Assembly (NCBI RefSeq): GCF_000315625.1
Contig: NW_005434669.1
Coordinates: 1,163,659 to 1,227,658, forward strand
Direction: 5' to 3'
DNA from: Guillardia theta CCMP2712
Lineage: Eukaryota > Protista > Cryptophyta
Length of the DNA stretch: 64,000 bases
Under the pieces are notes generated by a model. It saw nothing but the letters and a program-made list of their open reading frames with translations, was not told the origin of the DNA and did not search any database. Shown here one piece after another: positions 35,160 to 47,862 of the stretch. A program made the position numbers and the translations under genes. Positions within the stretch are counted from its first letter, which is position 1. Each line of letters starts with the position of its first letter.

Positions 35160-35720
35160 AGGGCTCACTCGAACAAATTTTAGGGCTCACTCGGCCTCCG
35201 GCCGGTTCAAGTTCGGCCCCGAACGGCCGGGTCCGGCACGGTGACCCGGGCCGTCTCACGCCTGCTGAGCCTCGGAGCGCCCGCCCGGCGGCGCCGCTCC
35301 GATCTACTACTGAGCCGACTCCTGTTCACGGGTGGCCCAGTAACCGTGAGTCACTGTCACGCTCAGTGACTTGAAGGGCCCCGGGCCCGGAGCGGCCCGG
35401 CCCCCTGGAGCCAGAAACTTGCCGGCGCGGCCCGCCCCCCCAGGAGCGGCAACCCAGGGGCGGGCAACTTGCAATCATTGAACGGTCCTGGCCCGTCATT
35501 TTGACTTACTAGTAGGATCCGAATGATCCGACGGTACACTGGGCTGGCTCACGGTGACGGTACTCGGAGGCTCAGTACGGTACTGAGAGTCACCGTGCAA
35601 TGGACCGCCGAGCGTGAAAGGCCATGGTTGTGACGGCCCGGCCCGCAATCCGATCATGGGCCCTTGTCCCGACTCGGTCCGGCGATAGTGGCAGGCTGCC
35701 TGGCCGCGCTGAAGTCGGTA
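35160..35720. promoter_or_regulatory. GC-rich palindromic-word island upstream of the minus-strand gene starting at 35081
   Basis: Same word vocabulary as 26700-27430 and 41955-42990. Confidence 0.45.
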
Positions 35721-35827
35721 TGACGATGATACTACCGAAAAGTGAACCGTTGATCAGGAAGGAGGAGCAACCAGTGATAGCGGTTGAGAGATTTAAGTTA
35801 TGAGATACTAGCAGAAAGACGAGCGAG

Positions 35828-38602
35828 TCACTCGCTCCTGAGGATGATGTGGCAGCCCGAGTCAGTCTCGACTATCCCTGATACCTCGCCCACCTGCCAG
35901 CATGTCAGGCCGTCGGTCAGCTAGGAAACGCGCACGAACTTGGAGAGAGAAGGAAGCCTCCTCGAATGGTTTCTGCATTTTCCCTCGCGCAAACGTTCCC
36001 AGGTCACCATGATCTTTGGCCGAGGAGCAGTCAGAATGTTTGTAAGCAAGCTCCTTGAACCTAAAGTGAAAGTCAGTACAGATGAAGGTGTAGAGAGAGG
36101 ATGAGGATGAGGATAAGATGCAAGTGATCAAAACGATTATTTCAGTCTTCAGCGTAAGGATCGCATCATTGTGGTTAAGTTAAAGATGTGATGCGCGGAG
36201 AAAGTGTAAAACCTCTGCATTGTGTTGCGAGACGAGGAGATATCGGCGAGAAGATCCGAGAGAATCTTTCTGGCTTCGTCCCTGCTTCTTGATCGGATCA
36301 CTTTGCCCTCCTCATCCCTCCAACTCGAGGGCCTTCGTGAATCTGAGAACATCCCAATCGTCACCATCACGAATAACCTCAGCACTCTTGCTCCGTCTTC
36401 TCAACGCCTCCAAATTCACCTTTGTGCTTTATAAGGATATGGTATGCTCCCACCATTTCCTTCTGCCTCTTATTCGGGGGACATTTCTGTGTCTCCGAGC
36501 TTCGCTTCATCCCGACGCTCTCCTTCTGCCCTCGAGAGATGACATACTTCCTCGTGCTCGCACCGAACTCCAGCACATCTCCATCCTTCACTTCCACCTT
36601 CCGCTCGGGCTACAGCGAAAGCGACTGAGCAGGGAAGGAGAAGAAGACCTTGTACCTCGATGTTTCTGCTGTTGACCTTGGTGCCGTGCGCCGATCCCAA
36701 GTCGAGGATGTAGACTTTCTATAGGCAAGTTAAGAGAGGAGGCGAAGAGCTGGAGGCAACCTGTCCCTCGGACTGTAAGATTGCATGCTGTCTGCTGACC
36801 GATGGATGCTCCATCACGATATCCGTTTCAAGGCTTCGACCCAGGGTCTATAGGTTGATGTTAGAAAAAGAGTTGGAGAATGAAAGGCGATATCTAAGAA
36901 CAAGATCCAACATCATCATGACACAAAATGCTGGAAAGTCAAGACACGCGTCAAACGATGATTGTTGAGCAGCATGACATGCGCAGGCAACACGAAAGTG
37001 CCATTTTGCATCACCAATTTTGAGTTTCCTGGCAGCTCAACACGATCTACAACTGTTTCGTCCTTGTATACAGTGACGAAGCAAGGGACGGGATCTGCTG
37101 CTTCCTCTACAACATGTTGGTCCCCATTCTTGTCTTTCTGCTCGTCGACAATCACTGGATTCTCTTTTTCCTTTCCTTCATCTGCGTCCTCGGGATCATT
37201 CGATAGCGAGAGATGGGGGTGAGTCACCCGCAGTCTTGTCGTCGGCGATGCCAAGCTTCTTCTGGTAGTCGTGCAGGGCCTTCATAAACCCTGCCGATCC
37301 TCAGCGACAGCAAAGACGCGACGAGTTACCTTCGTTGGGACGAGCGACCTTCCTGCACCTCACCACATGCGCGACCGCGCGAGAGGCAGGCCACTTGAAG
37401 CGATGGATGAGGTAGGCGACACAAAGCGACGCGCTCCTGGTGACCTCTGTCACTCGCCCATCGCCAACCCTTGAGGAGGAAGCGTGCACCTCGAGATTCC
37501 TGCTCCACAATGCACGAGTGTCGCATGCTTCTTCGAGATGGCTCGTTCGATGAAATTATTAGAAGCGTCGATGTGCTGCCGATTAAGTTGAGGGTCAGCT
37601 TCCACGCAAGCAGCAGCATTCTGTCACCTGCAGGATCCCGTCCGTGTCCACATCATCCTGCTGCAACCGCAGATGCTGCCGTTTGCTTCCGAAGGAGATG
37701 TCTTTGGGCCGTTGATGGATTGTAATGACTGAGCGAACATTGAGATGGTCCAGGCTGGTCTGGGGCACCAGCGTCATTGGCAGAACAAGTAGAACAGCGA
37801 GGCATCAACCTCGTCCTTTGCATGATCCCAGTCCCCCAGGTACAGTTCTCCTGGTATCACCTCAGCAGGATACCTTCTTGGCTCTCGTGGTTTCCCAAAG
37901 GTTGTACAAAGTCCTGGGTACTTTTCCAGGACGGTATCGAAAGGAACATCAAGAAGTCGGATGAGGCGCGGAAGGGTAAACTCATCGCTCTGAAGGAATC
38001 TAACAACCTCATGCTCAGGTGTGAGAGCTGCTGAGCCGTAGAGGACAAGTTCCCTCCCCATCCACAACGACGGCTGCCATAACCCTCGAACCCCAAGGAT
38101 TCGCTCTCGCTTCCTCTTAAGATCCTTGTGGTCGTTTGAGTCATGGCGGAGACTGGAATCTTCCAGCACCCTCCTGTTCCCACGGTTCACGATGGAGACA
38201 CAGAAAGCACCGCACACGTTCCCCTTGTGAAACTCTTTGTGCGGCCTTACGTCCACAATAAGAGGAGGTTTCCGCTCGTTGGCAGTGCCTTGGAAGCATG
38301 AGAACAAGTCAGACGCAGTGCATGTTTCAACAGGAGCTGCTCGTTTCTTGACTTCTTCCTGTCCTTGTCCCTGTTTTGTTGAAATATCCTCCTCCTCGTC
38401 ACCAGCCTCGTCCCACCTGTTTAGCAACCTCACTCACAGAAAGTATGAGATGTGGAAACAGAGCAGAGAGGGTGGATTCACAGAGAAACTTTGCTGCAAG
38501 ACATGTGATCGACATCATCGAACATGATTCCTCTGTCAAGATCTGCATGCGAGGCATCTGCGGTCGTAGATAGACCGCGCGTGCACCATCCTACCTTCCC
38601 AT
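35828..38602 (-). CDS. Rhodanese/Cdc25-homology + dual-specificity phosphatase + FHA + Pin1-type parvulin PPIase fusion protein
   Basis: Motifs [19 protein letters not shown]; [14 protein letters not shown]; [11 protein letters not shown]|[10 protein letters not shown]; RPNE|GFMKAL; [22 protein letters not shown]; [11 protein letters not shown]; HILIKHK|DSRRPSSW; [13 protein letters not shown]; [12 protein letters not shown]; ETDSGCHII; TGA 35828-35830. All are joined in frame by GT-AG introns. Confidence 0.85.
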
Positions 38603-39022
38603 GACGGTGAACGAAGGACTCGGTTTGAATCGAAGAGAATCGATTAGACTCGGCGAGTCACTGATTCCGGCCCGGCCCCGGCCCGGCCGCCCCGAACTAG
38701 ATGTTCTCTATTCAAAAGGTAAGAAACTTTTGTGTCCTAAAAAAGTAGTTGCCCCACCCACTTCCTGGGAAGGATTTGAGTAACAATTCGTCCTAGCTCT
38801 CCATGCTGATAGGAGGGAAGGAGTGAGGGAGTGAAGGAGCGGATCGAAGAAGGACGAAGACAAAGAGAAGAAGGGAAGGACAAGGAATAGCCAGTGCTGA
38901 ACAACAAACCTCTCCTACCTGTCGGCGGACTCTTATCGTTCCGTTGGTCGCTGAGTGAAACAACGCAAACGTCCAACATCATTGAGTGGATCAAAGGCGA
39001 CCTCCAAATTGTTTTCTCGAAC

Positions 39023-39655
39023 ATGGAAATTGATTTTGCTTTGTTCTTGTTGTTGCAAATTGTTCAGATTATTCTTCTGTTGGCAATTGCGTCGATTCTT
39101 CTTCTCCTTGTCTATCGCAAGATCGTCAGGCCCAAGTCAGGAGCATTCAAAACACTGATCGTTTTGGGATCAGGAGGGCATACAACAGAGATGTTAAGTA
39201 TTGCAAGTAGTTTGCCTGCGCCGTTGATTGATGATGCAACATTTTTGATCGCTTCTACGGATAGGATGAGCGAAATCAAACTGAGACAGAAGTTTCCCGG
39301 TGCGATGGTGAAGAAAACTCCTCGTGCACGGGAAGTGAAACAATCATGGATCACTTCTGTGTACACCACTCTGATTGCATCATTTCATGCAATGTGGTTT
39401 GTATTCATGATTCAACCTGATCTTGTCCTTTGCAACGGACCAGGAACTTGTGTACCCATCGCATATTCAGCGTTCCTGTTCCGTTTTTTCCTTATGCAGA
39501 GATCAAAGATTATTTTTGCAGAGAGCATTGCCAGAGTGAAATCCTTATCTCTCTCTGGAAAGCTCTTGTATCCGATAGCCGACGAGTTCGTTGTTCAGTG
39601 GCAGGAGCTCATAGAAAAGGCTCCACGTGCTCGTTATGTTGGCTTCTTGATATGA
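39023..39655 (+). CDS. ALG14: UDP-GlcNAc transferase subunit ALG14
   Basis: N-terminal TM, then LIVLGSGGHTTEM, PRAREVKQSW, PDLVLCNGPGTCVP, ESIARVKSLSLSGKLLY..ADEFVVQW. Confidence 0.96.
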   Translation: MEIDFALFLLLQIVQIILLLAIASILLLLVYRKIVRPKSGAFKTLIVLGSGGHTTEMLSIASSLPAPLIDDATFLIASTDRMSEIKLRQKFPGAMVKKTPRAREVKQSWITSVYTTLIASFHAMWFVFMIQPDLVLCNGPGTCVPIAYSAFLFRFFLMQRSKIIFAESIARVKSLSLSGKLLYPIADEFVVQWQELIEKAPRARYVGFLI

Positions 39656-39730
39656 AATGACTTGAACATGATGAGTGTAAATGTGATCGATGATAAGATT
39701 CATTGCGATTGCTATCTAAACGAATGGTCT

Positions 39731-40878
39731 CTATCCGCTGGATGAGAACAAAATCAAATAAGATGGATAACTCTGCGCATCTGAGGTGGAAACCAGGATT
39801 GTTGGTTTGTCTACTTTGTCTGCAAGCGTGTCAAATCTGTAGAGATCAGGAGTCAAAATATCATAGTAACGTATAGTAAATCCTCTTGGTCTCACCTCCT
39901 TTTTGTTCGAGATTCAGGGATGACGGGAGCCGATCCTTCGACATGATCACCGACTGTCACATCACACACGAAGAGAGTAGCCAAGAAGATCATTTTGCAT
40001 CCCACCAGACGGGCAGGATGCACAGCAAGAGACTTTGCAAGATCTTCGTCTACAGTTGCTGCAAACCGAGCTGCGAGATCGCTACAAGTGGCAAAGTAAC
40101 AGCCCTTGCCGTATTGATTCACGCCGTCTTGCCCTGCATGTACAAGCAATCCCTTCTCAGCGATTGATATGACGTTTGCAGATGTTTTGCATCCATGCCA
40201 GACAAGATCGCTTGCTAATGATTGACGCGATTCATCCGCTTTGAGTCGCTGTTGCATCATCTCCAGGTATTTCCTGGTTCTGCTTAACAATTCTTTGTTC
40301 TGAACGCGCATGATCCGGACGAGCGAAACCTGCGGCAGACCTTGAAAGAAGCGGTCCGAGACAAGCTTCCACTCTTCAGTATCTTTGTAAACTTTCGACA
40401 AGGCGAAGCTTGTAGTGCGGGATTTATGTTGCAAGAGAGGTAGGTTTTGTTCCCAATAACGTGTGATGTCATCTCTCTGCATGAAAGATGTGTAATCCTT
40501 TGCTGTGAAAGTTTCCATTGATGATTGTAAGAACTTTATGCACGCATCCCTTCTATTGTTGTTTGCTGCTCGGAAAATCATTTCCGATGAAGCGGTTTTC
40601 AATCGAAATACGCGGTCATCGTCATTTGTCACATTCAAGATGTCGTTGAAGGGAAATATTTTCACATCAGCCTCAGGATTGGAAAGGTCTTCTCTGTTCT
40701 TGGCAACGATGAAATGATTGCAAGTTATTCTGATGATTCTTCCCTTCCATGAAGTGATAAAGAACTTCTTGCTCTGCAGCTCAACAGCTTCATCAAGAAT
40801 CTTGTGTTCTACTGTGCGATTCGTTTTGACATCCACTCCTGTCTTGCTCTGGCCTTTTGTGCTTTTCTTGACCGGCAT
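39731..40878 (-). CDS. PH-domain + PARP-family ADP-ribosyltransferase (intron 39837-39895)
   Basis: PH-like N-terminus (SKKFFITSWKGR..FRAANNNRRDACIKFL); PARP motifs VWHG, YGKGCYFA, V.VG; last exon RFDTLADKVDKPTILVSTSDAQSYPSYLILF. Confidence 0.85.
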
Positions 40879-41298
40879 CGTGATTAGCTTTGATATGTCT
40901 TCTCAACATTTGTTCTCACAGCTCGTCGTTGTATCTCTCGTCAACGCTACTCTGTCGCCATCGCATTCCATTCTGGATTTCCTTGTGGTCAAAGTCCATT
41001 CAAGCTCCCCTCAGGGCTTTACTAACACAAGATGTAGGACAGCACCCCCCAGTACGGCGATGACTATTTATTTGTTGTTATAAAGACAGAGGCAGTATAC
41101 CTGCTGAAACATTGCCATGCCACGGATGGAGATGAAGGTGAAGAAGAGGACGGATAAAGACGTAACAATGAGGAAGCTTCTATGATTGTGATGTTCATTC
41201 GAAGTGATGAGAGGGGGATGACGCTGATGCTGCTGCCTGAAAAGACTGTTACGGGTATCCTTGAGAAAAGTTGACCTGAACCAGGCCGTCCCCACTTG

Positions 41299-41382
41299 GG
41301 GAGGGAGGGAGGGAGGGAGGGAGGGAGGGAGGGAGGGAGGGAGGGAGGGAGGGAGGGAGGGAGGGAGGGAGGGAGGGAGGGA
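41299..41382. repeat. (GGGA)n microsatellite
   Basis: Visible array. Confidence 0.95.
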
Positions 41383-41954
41383 GATTATCAAAACAGCTTT
41401 TAGTTTACCTTCAAGATAACATCTGTGCCGTATGCACCACCATTTATCATGAACTCAAGAGCGGTGTCCGGCAGGTACCTGAGATGTCTTGCGGGCATTG
41501 CAAGTCGACCATCGAAAGAGAGGTTGCCCTCCCTCTTTGTCTGGCCCCTTGCTCGCAAACCTCATTATCTCAGCAGGTGGGAAAGATTGAGGGAGTGAAA
41601 TCAGTAGTTGCGAATCATGAAACGAAAGATGTACAGGTCGCCTTTTGATATCTTCCTTCCTTGATTTTTTTGTTTTTGAATTGTTTTGATCGCCAGGTGG
41701 AGTTCAGCGATCCTGCAACTTGGCAGAACATTCGACAAGTTCTGATAGATAACGAATTTCCACCCGAGAATGAGAAGGAAGTTTGAAAGTTTGAAATTTA
41801 CACATACACAAGCATCTGCTGGAGAATCATCATAATGACTGTGGTTTGACTCTTTCAGATGGGAATGAGATTGCAATGATCATGCCCCTCTTCTTGTCTG
41901 TTCTATATTTCCCACCACGCTACCGCACAGCAATGACTGAAAGAACCTCACGAA

Positions 41955-42990
41955 TTCCCGGCCGGCCGGGCACTGACTAGGTGACACTGTCTGCCTCTCT
42001 TTACTCAAAGTGGACTCGAAGTTAAACAGTCCCATTGCCACTGGCGGCTGAGCACTGGCAGGCGGGGTCCCCGGGCCCGGGAAGCCTGAGAAACGCCGGT
42101 AGTGCGATCGGACCGTGTCTCTTCCAAGTTCTTGCACTGCCACGGTCACTGGCACAGTGTATGGCTTGTTACTTCATACATTGATTGACCGTACTGTCCG
42201 ATGATGGGCTTGAGTCAATGGCCCGTGACTGAGTCAACTGAGTTACAAGTTTGAGTCGGCTGAGAGTCATGCTCAGCGGCTGGCGCCCCCCGGAAAGTTT
42301 AGTTAGCCTGAACTTCGGAACGGTTGCCGCCCCGGGTCACTTCAACTTCGCAAGTGGCCGGGCCGGGCCCGGCGGCCGCCCGCGCCGCCGCCGGGCGCCG
42401 CGGCGCCGCGGCGGGCCCGGCGGTCACCGTGTCACAGGCTCAGCAGGGCCCGCCGACCGCAGTACGGTCGGACTCCGGGACGCGGGGCTCACTGAGTCCG
42501 AGTCAGCCCGGCCACTGAGACTACGGTGCCAGTGTCCCGGCTCCGATCAGCAGTGTTCAACGGTTGTGGGGCCGGGGCCGGCCGTGCGGCAGTGCTGTAG
42601 TGGTCCGACCGTCACTGACTCGGACTACGGGAGCCCGGCCTCACCGTCACGCGTGGCGTGACGCCCGGCCGGCGGGCCGGCCATCCGATCCGATGATCCG
42701 ATTGATTCGTGACTAAGCCGCGGCTGTCGAGTGCACTGCCACTGGCACCGTACCGTGACGGTGGCGCCGGCCCCCCCCGCCGCGCGCGACTCGGCGAGCG
42801 TACTAACAACTCCCGAGTCCCGGGGCCCGCCGGGCCCGCCGGGCCTTCCGGGCCGTCCGAAGTTTACGCCGGGTGGCCGCCGGCCGGCCCGGCCCCGGTA
42901 CTCCGACACTCCCAGCTATCATCTCCGAATATGGCATCACTGCCCGGCCACAGTACGGTAGTGAGTGGCCTGCTGCTTCCGGCCGGTCAT
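41955..42990. promoter_or_regulatory. Largest GC-rich palindromic-word island, between divergent genes
   Basis: Very GC-rich, with dense CCGG, GGCC, CCCGGG, CTNAG, GANTC, GTNAC, GTAC and GATC; the ORFs over it are low-complexity shadows. Confidence 0.45.
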
Positions 42991-44147
42991 CGTCTTTCCA
43001 TTATAAAAGGTTTTAGATATATACAAGTGTTTTGGCCTCTTCTGACAGCAGTACCATGAATAAAGTAAATTCTAAGATTAGATTTTTAGTATCATTTTAT
43101 GCCATCTATCATTGGAAACGGCTCTTATTCGCATTCTGGAATATTTCACAGCCATAAAGTTCAGAGTTGGCGTGCATTTGTTTCGGTAGAAATCTCTACA
43201 GCCCCCCTCGGAATGTACGAGAACAAAAACATTTTGTAAAATTGGGACAATTTATAACTATAATATATATTCGAATGTGCCATGAGGCCTATCGTGATAG
43301 GACAAGCTACGGTCGAGTGGCTAAGACTGTAGGACCTCCTACAACGCTAGGAACGCCTTCCCACATTGCTGACCCCCCACCCTCGTCTTTTCCACTGCTT
43401 CGAGAACAGACCCGTCCTTTACTCATAAAGTTTAGTACCCACCTAGCATTATTTGTGATGAACTAGAACAGTACGCGGCTTTTTCCTCTTTACTGTGTTA
43501 TTTGAAGGGGTAGTATCGTAACCCTTTCACAATGAAAACTACCTCTACCCACTCAAATGTACCCCTACCCCTCTATTGCATTCGGTTTGATCTTGCAGAT
43601 GGAATCGGAGTAGGAGAGATGGTGGACCAGGCGAAGGGGAGAAATGGCGAGATGAGAAGAGAGTTGCACCAGAGGACGAGGAGAAGAAAGCCAAACAATA
43701 TGATGTCATGAGCGATTCATTGAGAACTAAATTCATATGGAAAACAGTTATTTGAAGACGCAGGAGAAAAGATCCGGAGCTTTCGAGGCAAGGGAAGGAA
43801 GGCGGGGAGATCGTAGATATGCGATCCAAGTGGAGATCAGATACGAGTAGTGGCTATTTTAAGATTTGAGGGATCTAACCGGTCCAGATAGAATCTGAAT
43901 GGATGCCGAGGAGTTGGTTCGGAGTCAGATAGATCTAGCTTAGAATGAGAATCAAGAACGAGGCGATGGCTAGCCCTTGTTCACAATGCAACACATCACA
44001 TGGAGGTGTATCGCCTCTGGAACATACTTCAAAAATCATGAGTGTCTTCATTTGAAATTTCTCTTGTTATCACTCAGGCGTTCTCACTCTTGTTTTCTTT
44101 CAGATCCCCTAACTGTCTTCCGCCGAAGACGGAAGGTTTTCGATCAA

Positions 44148-46277
44148 ATGAAGTTTGATGGGTCCAATCATGAACCAAAGAATCCTCATGTGCGAGGCCA
44201 AGACCATCCTCACTGTGAAAGTCTTGACATGAAATCCCACTCATACGAAAAGAAAATCTGCATTGAAATACCGGAGTCAAGCATCAATTTCAACGGCCAC
44301 CTCCAGACAGTAGCAGAGAGTGAAGAAGGTTGTCTGAACCTGAGCATTCTGGATTCCGGTCACACTGTCAAAGATGATTTGCATCTCACTCTTAGCAGCT
44401 CTGGTCTGTGGATGGGGAGTCATGCATCCCAACAGCGCTTCCGAAGTGAGTTCAAGGAAGTGGATTTCATCGGAAAAGGTGGCTTTGGGAAAGTCTACAA
44501 GGTGTATCACTATTTGTCAGACAGAGAGTATGCAATCAAAAAGATTGAGATCAATGATTCCAACGCTGAGCATGTTCAGTCTGTGATACGCGAGGTTCGA
44601 ATGCTTGCAAAGCTGGACAATCACGGGAACGTTGTTCGGTATTACAACGCATGGATTGAAGAAGATTTCTCGGCAAGGTCAAAGCGTCCTTCTGTACAGC
44701 TTCTTTCCAATGATGGATGCGTGTTGGACGAGGAGGAATCGACAGAGTTTGAAAGTGACTTGGACTCCGACATAGAAACTTCTATGACCCTGAGGCGTAC
44801 CAGATCAAAGTCGGACTCTTGTTCACTTGACGCTTCTCCAGGAGGCTTGTGGAGGGGCGACAGCTTTCTCTCCGAGTTTGCTGATGAGCCCAATGATGAC
44901 GATGGCTGGTATGATTCTTGGGGTCATGAGGACACATCTGTAACCGAGGAGGAGGAAGAACATACTTCTCCTGTCGAGAGGAAAGGCAGTTTGGCTCTGG
45001 TTGCAAGTAGAACTCGCAGCGTGTCCAAAGAGCCATCGCCAAAACCCCGGTGCAGATGGAAATATACTCTTTATCTTCAAATGGAGTACGTGATGTGCAG
45101 GACATTGGAAGAATGGCTTAGTAGCGAAAACCGCAAGGAAGTTGATTATGCCGAATCTTTCAGCATTGTTCGACAAGTAACATGTGCTCTCGAATGGATT
45201 CATAGCCACGGAGTTGTTCACCGCGATCTGAAACCAAGTAATCTCTTCATTTCCATTGATGGAGTGATCAAGCTTGGTGACTTTGGCCTCGCACGTGAAA
45301 TAGCAAAATGCGCAGGAGACACGGAAGAGGCCAGCCCTCACTCTTACTCATCCAACCACACGCAGGGTGTTGGGACGCAAGTTTATGCATCACCTGAACA
45401 GCTGAAGGGAAGGCAGTGCAGTGACAAGTCTGATATCTTCAGCCTGGGGCTCCTCATTGTGGAAGTTCATCACGTCTTCAGGACTGGAATGGAACGCGTC
45501 ATGACCTTGTCAAACGCGAGACAGTCCATGTTCCCGGAGTCTTTTGACAGAGACTTTCGATTCATGAGTGCCATGGCACGCAAATGTGTCTCGGACAACC
45601 TGGACAAGAGGCCAAGCGCAGCTGAGCTGATGGTTTCTTTCTGCCACACGCCTGTGAACAAATCTCATCTGCTGCACCAAGATTTGAATGTCTCCAGCCC
45701 TAAGATTCGCATCAGCATGTTCCCCTCACCGGACAGCAGCCCGTCCACTTCTCCGCAGCAGGATGTCCAGTGTGATCCCTTTTCTGCTGACAAGCTCGAG
45801 GCGATCGATTTGAACCAGGACAATGACGCCGGATCGCCCGACGTGCCTGCACCGCGATGTTCGTGCACGAAAGCCAAGCGAGTGTTGCACGGAGACTTTG
45901 TTGCCGACGGCAGACATCATGACTCCAAGGAGCACAAGAATGGCAGGCAGCTGCAGGAATGTGCACAGGGCGAGGGATGCGATTGCACATGTCCTCGTGT
46001 GAAAGAGCTTGAGAAGATTGTTGACAAGTTGCTGCACGAGAAGCGAGTTGCTCAAGACCGCATCCAAGAGCTCGAGCGCCTTGTGCAACAACAGGTCGGC
46101 CTTTTCTTTCCTCTCTTTTTCTGCGATCTAACTCTATCGCCACAGGCAAGTCTTGCTGCGTCACTCCTGTGCCTTGGGAATGTTGTATATACAGATGATG
46201 GTTCCTCCTGCAAAATCCCTATCCTTCGGAATCGTGGACCGAAAACGCACAGCGGGCATATCTACTCCTTACAGTAA
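44148..46277 (+). CDS. eIF2-alpha kinase family protein, HRI-like
   Basis: RFRSEFKEVDFIGKGGFGKV, YAIKKI, REVRMLAKL..NVVRYYNAWIE, a long acidic kinase insert, LYLQMEY, HRDLKPSN, DFGLA, T.GVGT..Y.SPEQ, and a C-terminal coiled coil (VKELEKIVDKLLHEK..IQELERLV). A short upstream exon and a small 3' intron are possible. Confidence 0.9.
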   Translation: MKFDGSNHEPKNPHVRGQDHPHCESLDMKSHSYEKKICIEIPESSINFNGHLQTVAESEEGCLNLSILDSGHTVKDDLHLTLSSSGLWMGSHASQQRFRSEFKEVDFIGKGGFGKVYKVYHYLSDREYAIKKIEINDSNAEHVQSVIREVRMLAKLDNHGNVVRYYNAWIEEDFSARSKRPSVQLLSNDGCVLDEEESTEFESDLDSDIETSMTLRRTRSKSDSCSLDASPGGLWRGDSFLSEFADEPNDDDGWYDSWGHEDTSVTEEEEEHTSPVERKGSLALVASRTRSVSKEPSPKPRCRWKYTLYLQMEYVMCRTLEEWLSSENRKEVDYAESFSIVRQVTCALEWIHSHGVVHRDLKPSNLFISIDGVIKLGDFGLAREIAKCAGDTEEASPHSYSSNHTQGVGTQVYASPEQLKGRQCSDKSDIFSLGLLIVEVHHVFRTGMERVMTLSNARQSMFPESFDRDFRFMSAMARKCVSDNLDKRPSAAELMVSFCHTPVNKSHLLHQDLNVSSPKIRISMFPSPDSSPSTSPQQDVQCDPFSADKLEAIDLNQDNDAGSPDVPAPRCSCTKAKRVLHGDFVADGRHHDSKEHKNGRQLQECAQGEGCDCTCPRVKELEKIVDKLLHEKRVAQDRIQELERLVQQQVGLFFPLFFCDLTLSPQASLAASLLCLGNVVYTDDGSSCKIPILRNRGPKTHSGHIYSLQ

Positions 46278-46697
46278 CATGCGCCTGCTATATGCTTGAC
46301 CTTGTAGTCTAGAAGTCGCTGCTGAAGCCATTAGTAGTGTCTGTGTAAAATGGTATTTTATGAACTGTAATCTCTTCCTTGTGACCCTTGACCTGCAATG
46401 AGCATTCAACCTGCACCGAAATCTGATGGTCTCTTTCCATCGACAGGAAGGACGCATGAAGCGAAGACATCGTTTCTGATTCACACCACAGCTAAGTTGT
46501 CTCTTGCTTCCTAGCGTACACCACGTTCATCTCATGTTTCGTCAGATGTAGAGACTTTTTCTTACAGGTTCTTTTGCATCAACAATTCTACAAGCAAGAT
46601 AGACATTTTAATAACCAAAGATTCTGTCGTTCTCAAGGCAGAGGCTTCAGATGCGGCAGGAGGGGATCCTTCATCATCTCCTCTGCATCACTCCAAG

Positions 46698-47862
46698 TCA
46701 AATGAAATCTTTGAGAGAGAAGAAAGCTTTGTTACCAGCCGCACTCGCTGCTTCCACTCCCGAGCTTTCAGCCGCCATGACAGGAGATTGGAAGGCAGTG
46801 CGAGCCTTTGATTTTTGTTGTTTTCGACGGCCATGGGCTGCTGCTTCCACCGCATCGCCAGGTTTCTCCTTGAGCGGCGCTTGAATTTCAGCCGTCGAAA
46901 TCTTGCTCCTCGTGGCATGCACAATCTTTGCTGCAACTCGCTTTCGAGGAGCTGGGGGAGCGACTTCTGTGAGAGAGCAGATTGTCATCCCAGTTGTTTT
47001 TGCCTCCATGAACATCAGATGGATCAGCACAATAGATATGATTTTCATGCCCCTAACACCTCTATCACCTCGACAAGTCACCCTTGACTTGGCATGTGCA
47101 CACTCATTCTTGATCATCATCCACCCATCATCATATCATCATCACTTTCAACCCCAACAAGATCATCATGACATCCTAACATCGGGCACCTTTTACATTC
47201 TTTGAATCTGCGTGCTTTGTTGCTATGTTTGATAGACCTTGCAGTCGCTTGATGTCCTGGTACGCAAACGAAGCCCCGGCCACCACTGGGGCATGAGAGG
47301 GAATCGAGTTATCAGGGGTGTGAAGGAATCCCTTGGGAGGGATAAACTGTTGAGTCGATGTTTCTTCTTGTTGTGCTGAGGATTTCTGGCGCTTTTGCCT
47401 TGATACTGACGAATTACCCTGGGCTGGAGTCAGGACGAGCAGCTGCTTCGTTGCTTCACTGCATGAAGCTGCTTCACCTGGCCCAGTCCAAACGCCGAGA
47501 CGTAGACGAAGAGGAGCAGGCAAGCAATGCCTCCCAAGTTCATCAGCTTCCGACGCGTATCCAAAATCGTTGATGGGCGCGAAAGTCTGCAGACACGAGA
47601 AATTAGCAGGACTTGTCGTTCCATGACGCCCGCACCTTGCTGTCAGCACAAGGGAATCGTTGAAGATCCTTCGACTCCTTATGGTATTCTCATAAACATT
47701 GAGTCGAGAGTACAAGGTCATCAAACAGAGTTGTTCGCACCTTCTCTTGACATCAACATGAACCTCTCCAAAATGATCGAGAGTGACGTGTTTGTCTTCT
47801 GCAGACATGATCAATCCGACATTGCAAACGTGCGCGAGGTTGCGTGTACCTTTTCTCTTCAT
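46698..47862 (-). CDS. Hypothetical multi-exon protein with a basic C-terminus
   Basis: 228-aa and 140-aa minus-strand ORFs with GT-AG junctions; no family recognised. Confidence 0.45.

Noticed and set aside
42251-43059. Pro/Gly/Arg-rich ORFs over GC islands (also 26709-27488)
   Set aside because: Open in several frames on both strands, as expected from stop-poor GC-rich non-coding DNA.
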